A DNA stretch of 64,000 nt, from the NCBI GenBank assembly GCA_043228905.1, contig JBHGNT010000003.1, forward strand, positions 11,718,001 through 11,782,000, given 5' to 3'. Under the pieces are notes generated by a model. That model made no database searches, was not told the DNA's origin, and worked only from the letters and a program-made list of their open reading frames with translations. Positions 12,173 to 24,500 of this stretch are shown piece by piece. This DNA comes from Azolla caroliniana (taxonomy: Eukaryota > Plantae > Polypodiophyta). Positions within the stretch are counted from its first letter, which is position 1. Each line of letters opens with the position of its first letter. The translations under genes were made by a program, and so were the position numbers.

Positions 12173-13168
12173 TGTCGTGAAGATCCGTCACTACACGCGG
12201 ATCGTGAGGCGGAACCGCCGGGGTTCTGGACCAGAAGGATTTAGAGTCGATACAAGCTTTGGCGAGAAAGTACTTAAGATAGATTGGGAAAGAGAGAAGT
12301 TGAGATTACACGATTGATTTGATAACGAATTTCTTCCTCTTAATTTTCATAAAAAAACCGTGTTTTTTCTCCTCCCCCTTCCCTCTTTTATAGATGCTCT
12401 CATGCATATGATGCATGTGAGGGTACAAGACATGCATAAATTGCATGTTTGCCATTTGGCGCTTATGTATTACATGTGGTGCATGATAACCATGTCACTC
12501 ATTTTAGTTCTCATGTATGAGAATTTACATGTAAAAGTACAATGATAGAAATATAATTTCAACTAAATAGCATGGCTTAATGGTAAGCCAATTGACTCCT
12601 AACTTGGAGGTGCAAGGTTTGAATCCTTACTTGCCCTCCTTGTATATGTAAAGATGTATATATATTTATATATCTATTTATCTAGTCGCCGGACGCCGGT
12701 TCGCCGGATGCCGTCGGTTACCGTTGCCGTCGCCGGATACCGGTGCCGGATGCCGCCGGATCACCGTCTCCATCGCCGGTCCGGTTTTGGTTGGCCAAAA
12801 CCCTTTACAAGTAGCTAGCCCACCTCCACTCTTAGTTCAAGTTACCTTGAACTCTCTATGCTCCACACATAGGCACAAAGATAATATCTTTTGCTCCACC
12901 CTATATATGATGAGAGCTGTATTTGTCGTGCCTATGTGGGATATCTCCCAATTTTCTCCTTTCCTTTTACAAACTTTATATCCTCATATCTTGACATTTA
13001 GTTGTTCGTTTCTCATGTAATAAAGTGCATTCGAAACCTCCATCATTTTGTACTTAGATATTAAATCTATTTAAAATGTTATCTTCACAATTATTGTACT
13101 ACGTGATTCATACTCGATTTTGTACGTTTTATGGGATTTTCACACTATTGCCGAAAATCTTCACGACA
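12173..13168 (-). repeat. B 5' LTR (~996 bp)
   Basis: TGTCGTGAAGA...TCTTCACGACA perfect 11-bp inverted ends; contains GCCGGA-type short repeats at 12686-12785. Confidence 0.8.
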
Positions 13169-13172
13169 CCGT

Positions 13173-15324
13173 AAGCTTGGAACTTGAAATTCGATCGGCA
13201 TCACTGCTTCTAGCCCGAACGCTAACCGAAATTGTGTTGTCCGGATACTTGTTTTGTATGCCGTCAGGTAAGCCCATAACATACTGTGCAGCTTCGTGTC
13301 CCAATCGGTCCGATTCTTGTTGACGATCTTCCGGAGGATGTTTTATAGCGTTTTGTTGGTGGATTTGGCCAATCCATTGGCCTGCAGGTAATAAGGGGTG
13401 CTTCGTGTGTGTATGACTGCATAAAACGTTGTTAGACTTTCCACCACTTGGCCGAGGAAGTTTCCACCTTGGTCACTACTGATTAATTCGATTGGACATC
13501 CATACAGGCACCAAATATACTCGTACAGGAACTTCGCCGTCGATGCCGCGGTATCATCTCGCAAAGCCTTTGCTTCCACCCACTTGGTGCAATAGTCCGT
13601 GGCGATGATGATGTATCTGTTGCCGGTTCGCATTGCCGGCGACTTGAATGGTGCTACGAAGTCCAACCCTCGTTTCTGAAATGGTTCCAAGGGTAATACC
13701 GGCTGGTGAGGCAACCACGCCTGTTCTATCAGTTGACCCATCCTTTGACACAAATCACATTCCTTCGTATACCAGACCGAATATTTTAGTGTCATTGGCC
13801 ACCATAGCCCACTGCACCATATTTTCCTTGTTGTCGCTTCATTGGCAATGCGCTTCCCGTAATATGGTGTCTTTTTCATCAATCAGAACCGCTCGCCGCC
13901 ATATGCCATCCGCTCCTTTGTGGTATAGTGTATCCTGTAATAAACAAAAGTGTCGGCTCTGGACCGCCAATCGTTTCCACTCATCCCAGTTTATCTCGTC
14001 CAGAGGTAGTCCCATGCTTAAAAACTGATGCATGTTCATTAGCCATTTGTCCTCGTCCGCAACTATACTATCCGCCGTGGTTTCCGTTGTTATTTTAAAC
14101 AATTCGGCATCCGGAAACTCATTTGGCACACCGTCACCGGTCTCTCCGGATTCTAACCGGCTCAAATAATCGGCAACCGCGTGTCGTATCCCCGGCCGAT
14201 GATAAATTTCCAATTGGAATTCCTGTAGTAACAATGTCCATCGGGCCAGCTTGCTAGTGAGGGATGCCTTATAGACCAAATATAATAATGCTGAGTGGTC
14301 TACGTGAAATGAAAATTTTCGGTCCAACAAATAGTGCTGGAACTTCCTTACATTGTAAACCATCCCCAAGGCCTCTCTTTCCGCTGTGGAGTAATTTCGC
14401 TCCGCATGTGATAGTTTCTGGCTCGCGTAGTATACCGACCGGCATCACTTGGGCTCGGTCAGCTGCATGAGTGCGCTGCCGATTGCTATGTCTGACGCGT
14501 CGATGAATACATGGAATTCTTTGGACCAATCCGGGGGTTGTACTACCGGTGCTTGTGATAACACTACTTTGAGCGCTCGGTAGGCCATGTCTTCTTCCTC
14601 TGTCCATTTAAACGGTGTTTGGTGGACGACTGCGTGTAATGGCATTGCCAGGTCTGGCAAGTATCTGAGCATCCGGCTATGCCACCAAATCTGTCCTAAG
14701 AATCTGCTCAATGCTTTGGCCGTTGTCGTCGTCGGTGCCAGTGCTGCCAAAATTGCTTTGAACTTATTAGGGTCTACTGCTATCCCGTCCTTGCTGACAA
14801 TGTGACCAAGTAGCGTTCCACTAGTCACCCCGAACACACACTTTGCCGGGTTCGAGCTTAACAGGTAACCCATGCATTTTTCTAGGCATAACCAAAGATG
14901 GTCGATATGTTCCCCTTGCTAGCTATACACCACGAAGTCATCCAGGAACACCTGCATAAACGCTAGGATGAATTCTCCAAATGTCTCCATGATTATCCGT
15001 TGAAAGGTAGCCGACATCGTCTTGAGTCCGAACATCATTACTACTGCTCCGAACATCATTACTACTCCCCATTCGGTGACGAACACCGTCTTTTCTTGGT
15101 CATTGGGGTGCATCCTTATTTGATTGTATCCGCTGAAATCGTCGAGGAAGTTATACACCTCGTGACCAGCTACCGCGTCGAAAACTTCATCCATAAATGG
15201 AAGTGGAAAGGCATCGGTAACCGTCGCGACATTCAGTTTCTGATAATCAATGCAAAGCCGGATCTTACCATTCTTCTTCGGTACGACGACTATCGGACTC
15301 AGCCAAGTAGCTTTCTTCACTGAC
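13173..15324 (-). pseudogene. A pol: RT, RNase H, integrase core
   Basis: WLSPIVVVPKKNGKIRLCIDY, VFLDDF, FHVFIDASDIAIG, HAVADYLSR, GLDFV...DYCTKWVEA...SDQG; frameshifts and stops. Confidence 0.92.
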
Positions 15325-15329
15325 CGGAT

Positions 15330-15434
15330 TGTAAAAAGTAACGTGCGGAAGCAAGTATGAAGACTGAACAAAAGGAAGAAAACTCATGTTTAATGGAGAG
15401 CTTGAGCTTACACAGTATACGCGGGAGAGACAGA

Positions 15435-15466
<32 letters not shown>

Positions 15467-15773
15467 TGAAACAAGAACTATATTCAAAAAGGTACTCAAT
15501 CTCTATTCACCACACTCTATACATATGTGTGTTCAATGAACACTTTTATACAAGTCCTAGAAGGATTGACCGAAGTACTGACAGTACTTCAATGCTCATT
15601 AAGAGCTCCTACACTAACTCCCAAAGATATTCCTCACGGAATATCTTTCCTAACGGCCTCTCGGTTTACGCACCGATCCGGCCCTACCTACGCACTGGTT
15701 TACGCATTCGGCCTAACCTCCGGTCCTCGGCTTCTTCAGCCGATCCGACCGATGTTGAGCTTGTCTCTCAACA
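15330..15773 (-). repeat. C 3' LTR
   Basis: TGTAAAAAG...CTCAACA with (GA)n tract; PPT CTTGAGGGGGAG (minus) at 15774-15785. Confidence 0.95.
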
Positions 15774-18470
15774 CTCCCCCTCAAGCTCAACTTGAGGCTC
15801 TTCGGGATCTTCGGGCTCACAGCTCCGGTTCCTCCTGGCTTCACGCCTCGCTCGCGCTCCACGACCTGTTCGACTCCGCGTGCTTCGACCCTTCCGATCG
15901 GCTTGTCTGCTCATGTGGGCCTTATCAGCTCTTTTGTTGTTGCGGTGTTGACGCTTCTTCTGCTGCCTTTTCTTCCGCTTGGGCCTCGGTTGATTCAACG
16001 TATCTGAATCAAACATCCGAACTGACTCGGCTACCTCTGATCGGTTTTCCCTCTCGTCCGAGTTGGTTGTCTCCAACTTGTCTTCGGTCTTCTTGCCCTC
16101 GATGGCGTCATCTTCCCCATGCATGGTTGGCTTCGGCTCTCTCCTTCGGCTGCTCCCCTTCTGTCCGCTTCCGAACTTTTCCACGGGTCCACACTCGGCT
16201 TCTTCAGCCGATCCAAAGTCGAACTCGACAACCGAGTCAACCGACTCGGTGGTGTCGCGGTCTCCGCTCCTTTCCTGCTCCCTTGCTTGGTCGTTCGGGA
16301 CTGTTCTCCCCCTCAAGTTTGGCACGTCGAGGTGACGCAATCCGAGAGCACCTGAGAATTGCCGCAACTTGTCCAGACCAAGAGGCTTGGTGAAGATGTC
16401 GGCAGTCTGCCGATCCGTCGGAACGTACTGAAGTTCGACTTCACCAGAAAGGACACGCTCACGGACAAAATGGTAGTGCACCTCAATGTGCTTGGTCCGT
16501 GCGTGAAAAACAAGGTTTGTCACGAGCTGGATGCTGCTGAGGTTGTCGCAGTAGATCGTCGTCGGATCTGACACCTCCTCTTGTAGGTCCTTAAGTAGCC
16601 GCTTCAACCATATGGCTTCGCATTTCGCGACAGCCGCTCCTCGGTACTCAACTTCGGTGCTCGATAGTGCAACTGTCGGCTGCTTCTTACTGCTCCACGC
16701 GATCGCGGCACTCCCGAGGGAGAACGCATATCCGGACGTGGATCGGCGATCGGCGGCGTTGCCAGCCCAATCAACATCGGTGTAGCCGACTAACTGCGCA
16801 GCTGCACTAGTCTGATATAGCAGTCCCCGGTCCTTAGTGCCGTTGACATACCGAAGTATGCGTTGCGCACACTGGAGGTGCTCCTCGGTAGGTCGCACCA
16901 TGAACTGACTGATCACTCCGATCGGATAACTGAGGTCGGGTCGGGTGATGGTCAAGTATATGAGGCTTCCGACAATTTGTCGGAACCTCGTTGGGTCGCA
17001 TACCTTTCCCGTATCGGGACGAAGCTTGACGGTTCTGTCCAGAGGAGTCGAGACGGACTTACAATCGGCCATCCCGAATTTGAAGAGCATACTCAGCACG
17101 TAATGACGTTGGCTGATTAATATGCCTTCGGGGGTACGGATCACTTCGATCCCAAGGAAGTAATGAAGGTCCCCTAGATCCTTCATGTCGAACCATGGCA
17201 GTGTTCAGGTTGGCACCGGTGATGACCAAGTCATCAACATATAGTAAAATACTAACCGGTCCGAGTCGACCTTTCTGGATGAACAGGGAAGAGTCCGATT
17301 TTGACGTGACGAAGCCCATCCGACGCAGTTGTTGCGTGATCTTCGCGTTCCAGGCACGCGGGGCTTGCTTCAGTCCGTAAAGGGACTTCTTCAGTTGGCA
17401 TACTGCCGAGGAGTTCGTTCCAGAGTGAAATCCGGGGGGTTGTACCATGTACACCTGTTCCTCAAGGTCACCTTGCAGGAACACATTCTTTACATCCATC
17501 TGATGTAAGTGTCACACCTTCACCGCAGCTACTGTGAGCAAAACACGGACGGTCGTCATTTTCGCGACCGGCGCAAATGTCTCATCGTAGTCAATGCCGT
17601 GTTTCTGCGCGTAGCCCTTTGCCACTAGCTGAGCCTTGTACCGGTTGACCGAGCAATCAGTGTTGTACTTGACCTTATACACCCACCTACACCCGATCGG
17701 TTTTACCCCTGTTGGTGCGTCAACCAGGTCCCAGGTCTCGTTCTCCGCCAATGCGTGCATCTCTTCCTCCATCGCGGCACGCCAATTCGCGTCTTTAGCC
17801 GCTTCTGCGTAGCTCTCCGGCTCACGCACTTCCACTACACGGGTCATGTACGCATAATGATGCGCCATGTACTCGTTGTATCCGAACCGCAAAACATGGT
17901 TCTTCTGGCGGGTAGATCGGCGTAATCTCACATTAGCCGATGTCGAGGCCTTCTCGGTCGACGCGAACTTCACGTTTAAAGACCCGTCACCGGTTCCCTC
18001 GGAGTCGGACTCGCGTCGGTTTGACTCGTTCCTATCCGTGCCGGAATCTGACACCTTCTTCTTCCCTTTCTCTTTGCGCGTAAGCTGTCTCTTCGGCTTC
18101 CTGCGCGGGGAATGCACGGCCGAGTCTCCACTACTCGCCGGCTCTTCATCGGACTGATCGTACTGACTCAGACGTCCAATCGGTCCACTTAAATGGAGTG
18201 AAATCGGACTCTCTTCGCGGGTCTCGATTTCGGGCTCATCCAGAGGCATCTCGGCCTCTCTGACCTCATCGTCAGAGCTAGGATTGGAGTCGGGGGCTGG
18301 AACCAGGACGCGGACTCGTCAAACACAACGTTGCGGCTGACACACGCTTGTTTGGTGCGAGGGTTATAGCACTTATAACCCTTCTGCTCGTCCGAGTAAC
18401 CAACCAAGATGCATTTCTCGGCCTTTGCGTCCAACTTCCTCCTTTTCTCATTCGGTACATGCATATACGC
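15768..18470 (-). pseudogene. C pol 3' half: integrase C-terminus, RT, RNase H and ~170-aa charged tail
   Basis: [64 protein letters not shown]. Confidence 0.95.
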
Positions 18471-18925
18471 TGTTACGGGCATGACCATATAATATCCCGT
18501 GGTAAGAATTTACCGTAGTATTCTATACACGTGGATAAGTGTGAGGGTTAAACGAGAGTGTAAAGAAGGGGAGGATTACTTTTAATCCTCGGGATTGAGA
18601 CAACCCATTAGGTCAAGTGTGAACTTGCCTGGGGGACTTGGGTATCGCTATAAATAAGGGGCCTAGCTACCCTCATTTGATCATCTTTTGACTACATCGA
18701 GACTCTGCTTGTGTGGTGGGTCAACTCTTGTCGCGAGCGTGCCAGCACCAGGTACGACTCGACGCCACGGCGGTGGTATGGGACGCCGATCGAGGCTCGA
18801 GTCCATCTCGATCCCTTCGCTCGGGGGTGGTCGGGTGGATCGGCACCCTTCTTTCTCTTTCTCCTTTCTATCTTTCATTTCGTTATCCTTATCTTAAGCT
18901 TACTTTAGTACCTAGATCTATAATA
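18471..18925 (+). repeat. D 5' LTR
   Basis: Near-identical to 24895-25348; TATAAATA at ~18648; ends ATAATA instead of CA. Confidence 0.93.
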
Positions 18926-19172
18926 TTTGGTATCAGATTTTTGTACTAATGTTTCTTTGTTTTTCATTTGTCTTTTGATTGATGCTGATCGATCGTTGTG
19001 CGGTTGGCCTTGATCCAGACAACGATCAACAAAGAACTTCGGTAACTCTTTCCATAATTTTTCTTTCTATTCTCTCTTCTCCCATCTAATCATGTGTTTA
19101 GTTTATATGTAATTTTTTTCATTAAGGCAATGATGTTGTAGTCGTCTTTAATTGATTATCTAAAACGTTTAC

Positions 19173-19436
19173 ATATGTGCACGAGGTCAATACCTCGTTT
19201 GACATATTAATAATATGTGATGAGTGCCGTATGCGTATGAGGTTAATACCCCGATTACGTATTACTTTCACGAACATATGTTACGTTTGCGTATGAGTTT
19301 AATACCTTGATTTGTTGTAAACGATATGCGGTTGGTCTCGTATGCGTAAGAGGTCAATACCTCAATTGCGTATTATGATAATCTCTTATTTGTGGATGTT
19401 TCGTGTGCGTAGAGGTATATACCTCAATTACGTATC
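19173..19436 (+). repeat. Five degenerate ~56-bp hairpin repeats in D 5' UTR
   Basis: Core GAGGT-NAAT-ACCTC at 19183, 19239, 19295, 19350, 19412. Confidence 0.8.
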
Positions 19437-20607
19437 TCGATCACATCATTTGTGGCTATTTAATATAACGATATGTTTAATATAGGCATATGTGGTCACA
19501 TATATACGTATTTGATCGTATATATGTGAAAAGTAAACATATGTGTATATTCGTTATTACGTGATTATGTCGAAAGTTGTCATGGTCGGGAAAAGGATGT
19601 TGGTGGCCGTCCTCACATTTTTGTGAGAATGGCGTTGTCACCATCCCTTTTTCAACAATTTTTTATTGTTGATAACCCCGTTGATGACCTCGAATTCGTT
19701 ATGTAAAGAAATGCCAATAGCCATAATGATGTTGAGTACGTAGGGCTTGACCCACTTCAAGTGAGGTCGCTCCAATGACGCACGTATCCAACATCCCTCC
19801 CTCGTTACATGGATACGATGCCACCATGAGCTCGTTCTTACGAGAGGCATTCGTAATGACGTGACCATGTGATGGCCCACGTGAGCCTACTACGAAACAA
19901 GGGCTCATTTGGCTTCACCATTAGGTTGCACTTTGGCGTATGCCATCATAATTACGAGACTTGAGGATAGGTAACGTACCAACATAGTTTTGGTAAATGA
20001 GGGCGAAATAAGGACCCTTGACATATATGTTCTTTGAAAAAAAACATATATGATCTCACATATCTCTTATACGCATCAAACATTAAGCATTCGAGAAGAG
20101 CAACTTACTTGGTTGGCTCAAGTGTTTAATGTATTTGTTCTCGAGGTCTCGAGTTCAAATATGACCAAGACCATACAACATCCTTGATACATATGACTAT
20201 AACACAGGTTTAGACTTAAGGTCTAAGTGCACCTCGGGGTCCTCGTAATAGGACTTAAAGAGCCGAAACCACATATGTGGGCACCGAAACATAGTTTATT
20301 ATTAACATTTTTTTCGTGTATAAACAATTCATGACGCGAACATACATGGTTGAGCCTCGGGGAGCCACCATAAAAAAATCGATATAGAGATCAGGGAAAG
20401 ACATTTATTTGTCACCCCCATGGTTTTTAAAACACCTTTGTGTTACCATAGTAACCTGATCTTGAACCTCATCTCATACGTCTAGAGGGGTATTGACGTG
20501 AGATAATGATATAGATTAATGCTCGCCCATGATATGTTTACATCACGACATGATGTTATGACTATATCTCTGACCTTATCCTATTTCTTTTCCAGAAATA
20601 ATCTTTA

Positions 20608-21546
20608 ATGGCTCAAATTAACGACCCGATGTCATCCGCTCAAGCGGAAGGAACTCAAGGGAATCCTCCTGGACAAATGTCCACTGAGATGTATTTGGCT
20701 CAAATAACCCAATACCTTAGTTTCACCGCTCAACAGATGACCGAACTTCGGCAATCTCAGAGTGCTCTTGAGGCACGTGTCATTAGTCTACAACGTGAGA
20801 CTAATAGACCTGATGAGCGACAAGGTGGACCATCATTTGTCGTTAAGCCATTTACCGGAGACAAAAAGGAAAGAACCGAAGAAGCAATCTGCACATGGCT
20901 GGGACGATGGGAGTCTCATTTTGAGCTCTATCCCACGCCAGATAGTACGAAGATTGCATATGTCGGCCGAGAACTCGGGGGTAAGGCCGCCGCCTGGTGG
21001 CGTGGCCTCCGTACTATGGGGAAATTGCCCGATACTTGGATAGATTTTATCACGGTTTTTAAGGGCCAATTTCTGCAACCTCCCTCTCGAACCGAGGCAG
21101 CACAAGCTTTAATGAACCTCTCTAGCAGGAAATTTTCCTCGCTAGAAGACTATGTTCACCATGCTAGAACCCAAATCCAAAAATCGGGTCTAGAAGGGGA
21201 CAATTGGTTGATAACTTGTTTTGTCAATGGCATCCCCAATTCGGACTATCACTGGATAGTGCACGATAAGGATCCAAAATCCTTCGAAGAGGCCGTTGAA
21301 ATAGTTCTTCGCTATCAACGCACTTCGAAGAAGGACCATAACAAACCCAACGAAGCGCCCGGGACTAAGCAGTCGCAATTTGTTGGGAAACGCAAGACAC
21401 CCAACGAATTCCTGGATCGCGATTGTAAGCGACAACATCCTTTTTGTGTATTCTGCAAAAAGAAGGGTCATACAAAAGATCAATGTCGAAAGCTCCAACG
21501 GAAAGAGCACGACAACAAAGCTAAAGTTGCAGACCATAAAGGTTAG
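20608..21546 (+). CDS. D Gag with CCHC zinc knuckle
   Basis: 312-aa ORF; KAAAWW capsid motif, CVFCKKKGHTKDQC. Confidence 0.9.
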   Translation: MAQINDPMSSAQAEGTQGNPPGQMSTEMYLAQITQYLSFTAQQMTELRQSQSALEARVISLQRETNRPDERQGGPSFVVKPFTGDKKERTEEAICTWLGRWESHFELYPTPDSTKIAYVGRELGGKAAAWWRGLRTMGKLPDTWIDFITVFKGQFLQPPSRTEAAQALMNLSSRKFSSLEDYVHHARTQIQKSGLEGDNWLITCFVNGIPNSDYHWIVHDKDPKSFEEAVEIVLRYQRTSKKDHNKPNEAPGTKQSQFVGKRKTPNEFLDRDCKRQHPFCVFCKKKGHTKDQCRKLQRKEHDNKAKVADHKG

Positions 21547-24500
21547 ATTCCTAATGTCCTTCAGGTCTATACACATCATTTAAGTAATTGTCAATGTTCT
21601 TTCCCTCACTATGTATTGGGTCCCAATGATTTACTACGTGCAAACGGGTATATCAATGGATCTCCCGTACACTTTTTATTTGATTCGGGAAGCTCACACA
21701 ATTTTGTGAATGATCGTTTGGTTCAGATATGGGGAATCCAACCCACCGTAAGTGATCACACCTACACGGTGCACTTGGCTGATGGAAGAGTACAATACAT
21801 CAACGAGGCGATTCATTCATTAGAAATTCTATTGATACTTATATAGAGGAAGTAGACTTCCATGCAATGAATCTTTGTACCACCGATGTAATACTGGGTT
21901 ATCCCTGGTTTTATAATAAAAACTCTTCTTTATTTATTGATTGGGTTCGTCATTCCATTTCTTTTGTACTGAACGATTGTACGCATTTTATTCAATGTGT
22001 AAAAAAACAATCCCTCTCGATTGTTTCCTCGTGTCCATCAATATCCGAGTTGTCTTGTTCTACGTTATTTTATTGTGTACTTGATCCAGACATTCACGTT
22101 TACAATATCAATAATGTCCCGATTCAATTAACATATTTTGAACAACAACAACTTGATGAAATCTTAAATGATTTTCATGATGTGTTTCCAAGTGAACTAC
22201 CTGATGGGTTACCTCCTAAACGTAATATAGACCATCGTATAGATATTGTACCTGGTGTTGCACCAATAAGTATACCTCTGTATCGCTTAAGTCGATCCAA
22301 AGAAGATGAGGTATCTAAGCAACTCATGGACTATTTACGAATGGGTTATATACGTTATAGTAAATCTCCATGGGGTGCACCAGTTCTCTTGGTTAAAAAG
22401 AAAGAGGGCACATGGCGTATGTGTATTAATTACCGACGCTTGAATAAAGTGACGATCAAGAATTCGTATCCATTGCCCCGTTACGAGTTTTTGGTTATGC
22501 CTTTTGGTTTGACCAATGCTCCGGCTACTTTTCAACAAGAAATGAATGACATTTTCCGAGAACAACTTGGATAATTTGTCGTTATTTTCTTGGATGATAT
22601 TTTAGTTTATAGCCGTACATTACAAGAACATGCTAGACATGTCCGCTTTGTTTTACAAACATTGCGTGACAAACAGTTTTATGCGAAGATCTCAAAATGT
22701 GAGTTCTTCAAGAAATTAATTACTTATCTAGGACATCTCATAACCGAACGAGGAGTTGAAATTGATCCTTCTCGCATCGAGAAAATCATGCTTTGGCCCA
22801 CTCTTTAGAATATTCGAGAAGTTCGATCATTCCTTGGTTTTGTCAGGTTTTTGCGAAAATCCCTTCGTAATTACTCCCAATTGACGACGTCGTTTACTGA
22901 TCTTCTAAAAGGTCAAACGTGTAAGTCTACAAAACCTATTGTGTGGAATGCTACACTAGACCTTGCCTTTAAGGAACTCAAGGACCTGGTTTGCAAGGCT
23001 CCTTCACTTCTTTTACCTGATCCTTCAAAACCTTTTGAGGTTGAAACCGATGCAAGCGATTATGCTATAGGTGCTGTCTTGTATCAAGATGGTAAACCAA
23101 TACCATTCGAGAGTAAGAAACTTGATTCTGCTCAATGTTGGTATACCGTTCAAGAAAAGGAATTATTTGCAGTTATACATGCGCTCAAAACATGGCGCCA
23201 TTATCTTTATGGAAATCACTTTGTGGTAACTACGGACCACAAGTCCTTGAAATATTTTTGTGACCAACAAGACCTGAAAGGTCGTAAGGCACGATGGGCT
23301 GATCTCATCCAAGACTTTGATTTTTCCATACGATATCGTAAAGGTTCCATGAACACTGTCGCTGATGCACTGAGTCGCATCCGTGAAGTTAACATGCTTA
23401 GCTTCACTGCAATATCATCAGATCTTTATGATCACCTTCGAGGAAAGTATCTTGATGACAGTTATTTCGCAAAATACTGGGCAAGAGTTGAGTCTGGAAC
23501 AGACACCACCACATCCTCGAAGGAATACTTCCACATTGCTAACGGTTTGCTCTGCCGTAATGGGAAGGTTTGTGTTCCAGATTTACCCGAGGTCAAAAAG
23601 AGGATTCTTTTTGAATGCCATGATGCACCCTCAGCAGGGCACCCTGGAATACATCGTACACTCGTTCTCATCTCCACTCAATTTTATTGGCCTAAGATGC
23701 GTCCTGACATACATAGCTATATGACTAAATGTCACCAGTGTCAGGTTAACAAAGCCGAGCGACTTAAAGCCGCAGGACTTTTACATACCTTGGACATTCC
23801 CAATAATAAGTGGGAAAGTATATCCATGGATTTTATTGTTAGCCTTCCTCGCACCCAAAAAGGTCATGATGCCATCTGGGTTGTCGTTGATCGACTAACT
23901 AAAATGGCCAGATTTATTGCTACTAAAACCACGGTAACAGCTCCTGAATTGGCTTACCAATTCGTTGACGAATTGTTTCGTTTTTATGGGTTTCCGATGG
24001 ATATCGTGAGTGATCGAGATCCAAAGTTTACTAGTGACTTCTGGACACAAGTCTTTAAGAAGTTAGAAACTACGTTGAGCATGAGCTCCACAGATCATCC
24101 TCAATCCGATGGATAGACAGAACGAGTAAATCAAATTATTGAGGACATGCTTCGAGCATACGTTGGTGCAAAACCAACAAAATGGGAACGTTATCTCCCA
24201 ATTTTGGAGTTTGCTTATAACAGCTCCAAGTATACGTCGACGGGATATAGTCCTTTTATGTTGATGTATGGTTTTCAGCCACGAGCCCCGATTGATGTTA
24301 ATATACATCATGATGAGTTGCGAAGTACACAAAACTTTCTTCGGGATATGCAAGATATGTTGCATATTGCACGAGATAATATAAAAACAGCTCAAGATAG
24401 AGCACGTTTTTATGCCGATCATCATAGGCAACCTCGTGTATTCAACCCTGGACAGAAGGTATTTTTACGTGTACCTCACAATTCTAAGACATTGTTTACG

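Larger units (their letters stand above)
9211..13168 (-). mobile_element. Element B: non-autonomous Gypsy-like LTR element (gag-like ORF plus low-complexity ORF, no RT/INT)
   Basis: Termini TGTCGCGAAGA...TCTTCACGACA (10/11 inverted repeat), 4-bp TSD CCGT (9207-9210, 13169-13172), PBS next to right LTR and PPT-like GGTGGGGATGGA next to left LTR. Confidence 0.82.

Noticed and set aside
12565-12640. Functional tRNA genes in LTRs
   Set aside because: No 7-bp acceptor stem and a 6-nt rather than 7-nt anticodon loop; reported as tRNA-like modules instead.
9211-13168. Calling B a Ginger DNA transposon
   Set aside because: TSD and TGT ends fit, but the inverted repeat is only 11 bp, no integrase is encoded, and PBS, gag and PPT indicate a retroelement.
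15028-15068. 21-bp duplication in A RT (VVMMFG twice), plus small repeats at 58530-58587 and (AATAAAACTC)x4 at 59641-59679
   Set aside because: Ordinary slippage or repair scars in dead elements.
15527-16393. 288-aa plus-strand ORF and similar long antisense ORFs
   Set aside because: Shadow of the GC-rich Copia tail and LTR; no domain features.
19173-19436. CRISPR-like repeat-spacer array
   Set aside because: Repeats are degenerate, lie inside a plant retrotransposon UTR, and no cas genes are present.
21544-21546. In-frame TAG between D gag and pol as a stop-codon readthrough site
   Set aside because: Sister copy G has CAG at the same position (AAA GGT CAG ATT), so a C>T mutation is the simpler reading.
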